This document shows, piece after piece, positions 37,278 through 43,265 of a stretch of DNA of 43,265 nt. Every line of letters begins with the position of its first letter. Position 1 is the stretch's first letter. The stretch is taken from assembly GCA_043750125.1 (NCBI GenBank), contig JAYVCD010000014.1, positions 1 through 43,265 on the forward strand. The letters run 5' to 3'. The notes beneath the pieces are model-generated. The model ran no database searches. It was not told the DNA's origin and was given only the letters and a program-made list of their open reading frames with translations. The stretch comes from Archangiaceae bacterium. Its GTDB lineage: Bacteria; Myxococcota; Myxococcia; Myxococcales; Myxococcaceae. Both the position numbers and the translations under genes were made by a program.

Positions 37278-40200
37278 ATGAAGGGCATTCGGGATCGCAT
37301 TGCTGCATTGAGCCCCGCGCGGCGGGACGAGCTCAAACTTCGCCTCGGCGTGCCCCCCGGCGGAACCTCGGAAGGAACGGTGCGGCTGGTGGCCTTCGTC
37401 TCGCCCACGTTGGGCGCGACGCTCAAACCCGAAGACGTCCGCGCTCACCTCGAAGAGCACCTGCCGGTCCACCTCATTCCTCACAGCATCATCGTGCTGC
37501 CCGAGCTTCCCCGAACCCCCTCGGGCAAGGTCGACCGCCGCGCGTTGCCGACGGCGCCGCTGCACACTTCAGTGACGGCTGCGGCGTTCGTCGCTCCGGT
37601 GGGGGTGACAGAACAGACACTCGCGGACATCTGGGCCGAGCTGCTCGAAGTTCCCCTCGGGCGGGTGTCGGCGCGGTCTCACTTCTTCGAGCTGGGAGGC
37701 CATTCGCTGCTGGCCACCCGGGTGCAGTCGCGCATTCGGCAGCGGCTGAGCGTCGAGATCCCCATTCGCGCGCTGTTCGAGAACCCGGTGCTGCGCTTGC
37801 TCGCCGCGCGACTCGATGCGCTCGCCGGAAGCTCCTCGAGCGCGCCTGCGTCCGCGGCGATCGTCCGTCGTCCCACCGGGCCCGGGGTGCTCTCTTTCTC
37901 GCAGCAACGGCTGTGGATCCTCGACCAGCTGGAACCCGGCAGCAGCGCGTACAACGTGCCCTGCGCGGTGCGAATGGAAGGAACGCTCGATGTCCCCCGC
38001 CTCGAGCAGGCGCTGCGCACGGTGGTGGAACGCCACGAGGTCTTGCGCGCAACCTTCCCGGCCGACGACGGCGAAGCCCGGCTGCGAATCCTGAAGCACG
38101 TTCCAATTCATCTCGTCGCGCGGCAGTTGCTCGTTTTCCCCGGAGCCCCCGACCCGGAAGTCACTCAGGCCCTGCTTGGCGCGCTCCAGGAAGAAGCCCA
38201 GGCCCCGTTCGATTTGAGTGTCGGCCCGCTGGTGCGCGTGGCGCTGTGCCGGCTGACGCCCGACGACCACCTGTTGGTGCTCACCCTTCACCACGTCATC
38301 TCGGACGGCTGGTCGATTGGAGTGCTCGTCCGCGAGCTCGCCGAGCTGTATTCGGCCGCGGTCGCCGGTCGCCCCGCGCAGCTCGCCACGCTGACCGTGC
38401 AATACAGCGACTACGCCGCGTGGCAGCGCGAACAACTTCAAGGGGACGCCTACCAGGCCCAGGTGGCGTTCTGGAAAAAACAGCTCGAGGGCGCTCCAGC
38501 GGCGATTCAGCTCACGACCGATCGCCCACGGCCCGCGACCCAGACTTACCGGGGCGCCCGAGCAGCCGTGCACGTGTCCGAGTCGTTGACCCGGAAGGTG
38601 GAAGCCCTGGCCCGTCAGCAGGGCGTCACCCCCTTCACCGTGCTGCTCGCCGGGTTCGCGACTTTGCTTTCGCGCTACTCGGGACAAACCGAAGTCGTGA
38701 TTGGCTCGTCCTTCGCCAATCGCCCCCAGTTGGAGCTCGAGCCGTTGATTGGCTTCTTCGTCAACACGCTCCCGCTGCGGGTCGACCTTGCCGGAGATCC
38801 CACTTTCATCGAGCTGCTTCAGCGCGTGCACGACCGGCTGCTCGGCGTCACCGCCCACCAGGAAATGCCGTTTGATCAAATCGTGGCCGAGCTGCGGCCT
38901 GATCGCGACCTGGGGCGATCGCCCTTGTTCCAGGTGCTGTTCGAGCTGCACAACGAGCCGCGGGTGGCGCTCGACTGCCCGGGCTTGCGGATGACCCCGC
39001 TGGACGCGGATTTCGGCCAGGCGAAATTCGACCTCTCGCTCGAGCTGATTCGCACCGCGCAGGGTCTGGAAGGTCTGCTCGAGTTCAGCACCGATCTCTT
39101 CGACGCCCGCACCGCTGACCGGATGGTCAAACACTTTGGAAACCTGCTGGGCCGCCTGGTGGCCGAGCCGCGGGTCAAAGTGTCCGACGCACCGCTGTTG
39201 TCGACCCCCGAACGTGCCGAGCTGTTGGCTTCGTGGGCGCGCGCTCCTCACAGCGCCCAGCGCGATGTGCAGGAACAGGCCACCGCCCACGCGACCTGGG
39301 CCGAGCTGTTCGAAGCGCAGGTCGATGCGCACCCCGACGCTCGCGCCGCGACCGACGAGCAGAGCTCGGTCACCTACGCCGAATTGGACGCGCGCGCGAA
39401 TCGGGTCGCCCAGGCGCTGGCGGCCCAGGGCGTGGGCCCCGAGCACACGGTGGGAATGCTGCTCAATCGAAGCATCGACTTCTTGACCGCCGTGCTGGGC
39501 GTTTTCAAAGCCGGCGCCGCCTACGTCCCGCTGGACCCCACGTTTCCCTCGAGCCGGCTGAGCAACCTCGTCTCGCAGGCCCGCTGCACCGTCATCCTCA
39601 CCTCGCCCCGCCATCTGGAACTGGCGAGTTCTCTCGGAGTGAAGCAGGTCTTGAAAGTGGCCGAGCTCGTCGCGGCGAATGCGCCCTCGGGCCGGCTGCA
39701 CGTTCAGCGTTCTGGGCGGAATCTCGCCTACGTCTTCTTCACCTCAGGCTCTACCGGCGTTCCGAAGGGAGCGATGGTCGAGCAAGAGGGAATGCTCAAC
39801 CACCTCTTCGGCAAAGTGCATGACCTGTCGCTGACCCGCAGCGACGTGGTGATTCAAAATGCGTCCTCGAGCTTCGACATTTCTGTGTGGCAGTTCCTGG
39901 TCGCGCTGTGTGTCGGGGGCAAGGTCTGCATCGCTTCCGATGAGCTGGCCCTCGACCCCTTTCGGTTGCTCGAGTGGGTCCAGCAAGAAGCCGCGACGGT
40001 GCTGGAAATCGTTCCTTCGCTGCTGCGCAGCCTGCTCGAAGGAATTGACGCCAAGCCTCCTTTGCTGCCGAGCCTTCGGTGGTTGGTCGTCACCGGAGAA
40101 GCGCTGCCTCCCGAGCTGTGCAACCAGTGGCTCGCGCTCTACCCGAACATTCCAATCGTCAACGCCTACGGGCCCACCGAGTGCTCGGACGATGTGACCC

Positions 40201-43200
40201 ACCATGTCGTTCGGGCGCCGCTGGCGCAGGGGTTGATTCGCACCCCCATCGGGCGGCCCGTGCCCAACCTCTTTGTCTGTGTGCTCGATGGAAAGCTGTC
40301 CCCCGTGCCGGCGGGCGTGCCGGGCGAAGTGTACGTCGGCGGAGTGGGCGTGGGCCGAGGGTACCTGGGCTCGCCCGAGCGAACCGCGGCGTCTTTCCTA
40401 CCGGACCCCTTCGGCGGAATCGGAGCGCGGCTCTACCGCACCGGAGACCTGGCGCGTTTCCAGGATGACGGGACCATCGACTTCCTCGGACGCGTCGACC
40501 ACCAGGTCAAGCTGCGCGGTTTTCGAATCGAGCTGGGCGAGATTGAAGCCACGCTCAGCCGTCAGCCCGGCGTGCGCCACGCGCGGGTGGTCAGTCAGGA
40601 AGCAACCTCGGGCCAGAAGAAGTTGGTGGCGTACGTGGTCGCGCACGCGCCGGGGTTGGAAGCCGAGGCGCTGCTGCAGGCGCTGCGAGACCAACTTCCG
40701 GAATACATGGTTCCTTCGAACCTCATCTTCCTGGACGCGTTTCCACTGTTGACCAGCGGAAAGGTGAACCTCGCGGCATTCCCACGCGCAGGCGACGCGG
40801 AAGCCAAAGGTTCGGTCCTCGCGCCGCGCACTCCGACCGAGCGGGCGATTACCGAGATCTGGCAAGAGCTGCTCGAGACCGAACGGGTCGGCGTCACCGA
40901 CAACTTCTTCGACATCGGCGGCCACTCGCTGCTGGCCATCCACACCGTCTCGAAGGTCCGCCGGAAGTTGGGAGTCGAGCTGCCGGTGCGCGCGATCTTC
41001 GAAGCGTCCACCGTCGAAGCAGTCGCCCGTCGCGTCGATGCGCTGCTGCTCGCCGGTGGCGCGAAGGTCGAGACCGACAAGTTCTTCGTGCACGGCGTCG
41101 AGCTGCGCGCGCTCGAACCCAAACCCACCTACGCCTTGAGCCCGTACCAGCTGCCTGAGCTGTACATGAAGCAACTGGACCCCGAGAACCCCTACTACAA
41201 CGTCTCGAACAGCGACATTTTGCTCACCGGTGAGCTGAACCTCGACGCGTTCACCCACGCATGGAATGTCCTCGAAGAACGGCACGCGGCTTTCCGCACC
41301 ACCTACGGCCACGTCGACGGCAAGCCGGTGCAGCGGATCCACCCGAAGCGGACCTTGAAGGTCTCGGACCTGTACCTCGATCGGACCGCAGTCCCCGAAA
41401 ATCAGCTGGCCGCCGAATTCAGCGCGCTCGCGGGTCGCTACAGCGGCACCAACTTCGACTTCGAGAACGGGCCCGTCCACGTCGCGAAGATCGCCGAGTT
41501 CTCGGGCAAGCGGTTCATGGTGGTCTTCGTCACCCACCACATCATGTGGGACGAGCGCTCGACCATCGTGCTCGCCGAAGAGCTCACCGAGCTCTACAAC
41601 TCTTTCGTTCAGCACCGCGAACCCCGGCTGAAGCCGCTCCCGTTTCAATACGTGGATTACGCCGACTGGGTGCAGCGCGCGCTGTCCACCGGCCACCTCG
41701 AAGATCAGCGGCAGTACTGGCTCGGTCAGATGACGCCGTTGCCGCCGGTGCTCGAGCTGCCCACCGACTTCGAACGACCGGCGCTGCAGACGTTCAACGG
41801 CGCGACCGTCATTCAGTCAATCGAAGTGGCGACCTTCCGGCGAATGCAACGCTTCCTCGAGCAGCACAACGTCACGCTCTACATGTTCTTGCTGGCCGCG
41901 CTCGACGCGCACCTGCATCGACTGACCGGGCAGGAAGACTTCGTGGTGGGGACTCCGATCGCCAATCGCGCCGAGCCCGAGCTCGACTGCATCATCGGCT
42001 GTTTCGCCACTGCGATGCCGATGCGCGCGCGGGTTCACTCGCAGATGACCTTCGAGCAGCTGTTGGCGAACGTGCGCGAGACGTGCGTCGCGGCGTACGA
42101 AAATCACGCCTACCCCAGCATCCTCGCAATTCAGGAACTGAACCCGACCCAGGACCTCTCGCGCAGCCGGTTGTTCTCGGTGATGTACGGACTGCAGAAC
42201 AACAAGACCGGCCTGATGGAACGCATGGCCTTCGATGGAATGAAGCTCGACTTCCTGCGAGTCCCCACGCCCGAGTTCGATCGCGCGAAGTTCGACTTCA
42301 CCCTCGTCGCGGACCAATTCGGCGAAGAGGTGGTGCTGCAGTGGAATTACAACACCGACCTCTTCCTCAAGAGCACCGCCGAACGAATGCTGCGGCAGTT
42401 GGTGTCGCTGGTGGATCAGGTGATCGCGGATCCCAAGCAGCCGCTCCACACCTATCAATTCCTCACCCGCGCCGAGCGGCAGCGGGTGTTGGTGGACTTC
42501 AACCAGACCCACGCCGACTTCGAGCTCGACCGCGGAATCTCGCAGCGCTTCGAAGCGCAGGTGGACCGCGCTCCCGACGCCATCGCGTTGGTCTGGGACA
42601 CGGGGACGACGAGCTATCGCCAGCTGGATGAAGAGGCCAACCGGTGGGCCCACGTTCTGCGCGAGAACGGAGTCAGGCCGGGGGACAAAGTGGCCGTCGT
42701 GCTCTCGCGCTCGCCTTCGCTGGTGAGCTCGATTCTGGCGGTGCTCAAGGCCGGGGCCGCGTACGTGCCGGTCAGCCCGGACAACCCGTGGGAACGGCAA
42801 CAGGACATCTTCCGCGAGGCGGGGGTGCGGTGCATTTTGACCGACGCTCCGCTTCCTGCCGAGACAGGAATTCTCACCCTGCGCGTCGACGTTCTCGTAC
42901 AGGGCCACCCGTCGACACGCCCGGGTTTGCCGAACGCGCCGCGCAGTCTGGCCTACGTGTTGTTCACCTCGGGGACGACCGGCACTCCGCGCGGAATCGA
43001 GATCGAGCACGCGGGGGTATGCAACCTGCTCGAGTCGACCCAGCGCGACTACCAACTGCAGTCTTCGGACGCAGTCTTGTTCTTGAGCTCGTACGCGTTC
43101 GATGCGTCCCTGCTCGAGCTCTTCTGGCCGCTGGTCTTTGGCGGTCGAATCGTGATTCCGGCCGGCGACGACGCCAGGCTTCCCGAGCGCCTCGTCGCCG

Positions 43201-43265
43201 CGATCTTGCGCCACGGGGTGACGGTGCTGCAGTGCGCTCCGCTGATGCTCGATGCGATCGTCAAG
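37278..43265 (+). CDS. Non-ribosomal peptide synthetase, 3' end outside the window: docking-Asub-T-C-A-T-C-A(partial)
   Basis: One frame from ATG 37278, checked at several anchors: PSGKVDRRALP, T GGHS (Ser 37704), C HHVISDG (38289), A TSGSTG/FDIS (39873)/YGPTE/YRTGD, T GGHS (Ser 40926), C HHIMWDE (41535), A TSGTTG/FDAS (43098). Absent from the ORF track because it has no stop in the window. Confidence 0.95.
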   Translation, partial: MKGIRDRIAALSPARRDELKLRLGVPPGGTSEGTVRLVAFVSPTLGATLKPEDVRAHLEEHLPVHLIPHSIIVLPELPRTPSGKVDRRALPTAPLHTSVTAAAFVAPVGVTEQTLADIWAELLEVPLGRVSARSHFFELGGHSLLATRVQSRIRQRLSVEIPIRALFENPVLRLLAARLDALAGSSSSAPASAAIVRRPTGPGVLSFSQQRLWILDQLEPGSSAYNVPCAVRMEGTLDVPRLEQALRTVVERHEVLRATFPADDGEARLRILKHVPIHLVARQLLVFPGAPDPEVTQALLGALQEEAQAPFDLSVGPLVRVALCRLTPDDHLLVLTLHHVISDGWSIGVLVRELAELYSAAVAGRPAQLATLTVQYSDYAAWQREQLQGDAYQAQVAFWKKQLEGAPAAIQLTTDRPRPATQTYRGARAAVHVSESLTRKVEALARQQGVTPFTVLLAGFATLLSRYSGQTEVVIGSSFANRPQLELEPLIGFFVNTLPLRVDLAGDPTFIELLQRVHDRLLGVTAHQEMPFDQIVAELRPDRDLGRSPLFQVLFELHNEPRVALDCPGLRMTPLDADFGQAKFDLSLELIRTAQGLEGLLEFSTDLFDARTADRMVKHFGNLLGRLVAEPRVKVSDAPLLSTPERAELLASWARAPHSAQRDVQEQATAHATWAELFEAQVDAHPDARAATDEQSSVTYAELDARANRVAQALAAQGVGPEHTVGMLLNRSIDFLTAVLGVFKAGAAYVPLDPTFPSSRLSNLVSQARCTVILTSPRHLELASSLGVKQVLKVAELVAANAPSGRLHVQRSGRNLAYVFFTSGSTGVPKGAMVEQEGMLNHLFGKVHDLSLTRSDVVIQNASSSFDISVWQFLVALCVGGKVCIASDELALDPFRLLEWVQQEAATVLEIVPSLLRSLLEGIDAKPPLLPSLRWLVVTGEALPPELCNQWLALYPNIPIVNAYGPTECSDDVTHHVVRAPLAQGLIRTPIGRPVPNLFVCVLDGKLSPVPAGVPGEVYVGGVGVGRGYLGSPERTAASFLPDPFGGIGARLYRTGDLARFQDDGTIDFLGRVDHQVKLRGFRIELGEIEATLSRQPGVRHARVVSQEATSGQKKLVAYVVAHAPGLEAEALLQALRDQLPEYMVPSNLIFLDAFPLLTSGKVNLAAFPRAGDAEAKGSVLAPRTPTERAITEIWQELLETERVGVTDNFFDIGGHSLLAIHTVSKVRRKLGVELPVRAIFEASTVEAVARRVDALLLAGGAKVETDKFFVHGVELRALEPKPTYALSPYQLPELYMKQLDPENPYYNVSNSDILLTGELNLDAFTHAWNVLEERHAAFRTTYGHVDGKPVQRIHPKRTLKVSDLYLDRTAVPENQLAAEFSALAGRYSGTNFDFENGPVHVAKIAEFSGKRFMVVFVTHHIMWDERSTIVLAEELTELYNSFVQHREPRLKPLPFQYVDYADWVQRALSTGHLEDQRQYWLGQMTPLPPVLELPTDFERPALQTFNGATVIQSIEVATFRRMQRFLEQHNVTLYMFLLAALDAHLHRLTGQEDFVVGTPIANRAEPELDCIIGCFATAMPMRARVHSQMTFEQLLANVRETCVAAYENHAYPSILAIQELNPTQDLSRSRLFSVMYGLQNNKTGLMERMAFDGMKLDFLRVPTPEFDRAKFDFTLVADQFGEEVVLQWNYNTDLFLKSTAERMLRQLVSLVDQVIADPKQPLHTYQFLTRAERQRVLVDFNQTHADFELDRGISQRFEAQVDRAPDAIALVWDTGTTSYRQLDEEANRWAHVLRENGVRPGDKVAVVLSRSPSLVSSILAVLKAGAAYVPVSPDNPWERQQDIFREAGVRCILTDAPLPAETGILTLRVDVLVQGHPSTRPGLPNAPRSLAYVLFTSGTTGTPRGIEIEHAGVCNLLESTQRDYQLQSSDAVLFLSSYAFDASLLELFWPLVFGGRIVIPAGDDARLPERLVAAILRHGVTVLQCAPLMLDAIVK

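Noticed and set aside
37569-43214. Minus-strand ORFs of 710, 432 and 465 aa
   Set aside because: Shadows of the plus-strand NRPS frame that the ORF track omitted.
28694-43265. Sulfazecin-like monobactam cluster (Dap genes, oxygenase, methyltransferase)
   Set aside because: No sulfotransferase or TE is visible and the diamino-acid module is internal rather than terminal. It cannot be fully excluded without downstream sequence.

Overview
GC-rich bacterial DNA, very likely from a myxobacterium (MYXO-CTERM protein, DAG-repeat and Cys-rich lipoproteins). Four blocks are visible. (1) 1-5390, minus strand: an A1-type heme-copper oxidase operon (diheme cytochrome c, 35-aa peptide, subunit II, subunit I, two subunit III genes, subunit IV, CxxC mini-protein, SCO-like protein). 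Its subunit I keeps all metal ligands and the D-channel but lacks the K-channel residues. (2) 7.3-17.6 kb: DNA/RNA-processing genes (AlkZ-like glycosylase, addB-addA, short RNB nuclease). (3) 17.6-27.5 kb: an accessory region with a two-lipoprotein cassette flanked by a 71-bp direct repeat, a LOG gene, a few intact secreted or membrane genes and many gene remnants. (4) 28.7 kb to the end: the left part of an NRPS cluster with SbnA/SbnB diaminopropionate supply, a JmjC oxygenase, an ABC exporter, a hydrolase, a His-motif membrane protein and an NPPY methyltransferase. The NRPS is missing from the ORF track because it runs off the window; its architecture is docking-Asub-T-C-A(diamino acid)-T-C(HHxxxDE)-A(partial). 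All calls come from manual motif reading; no searches were run.
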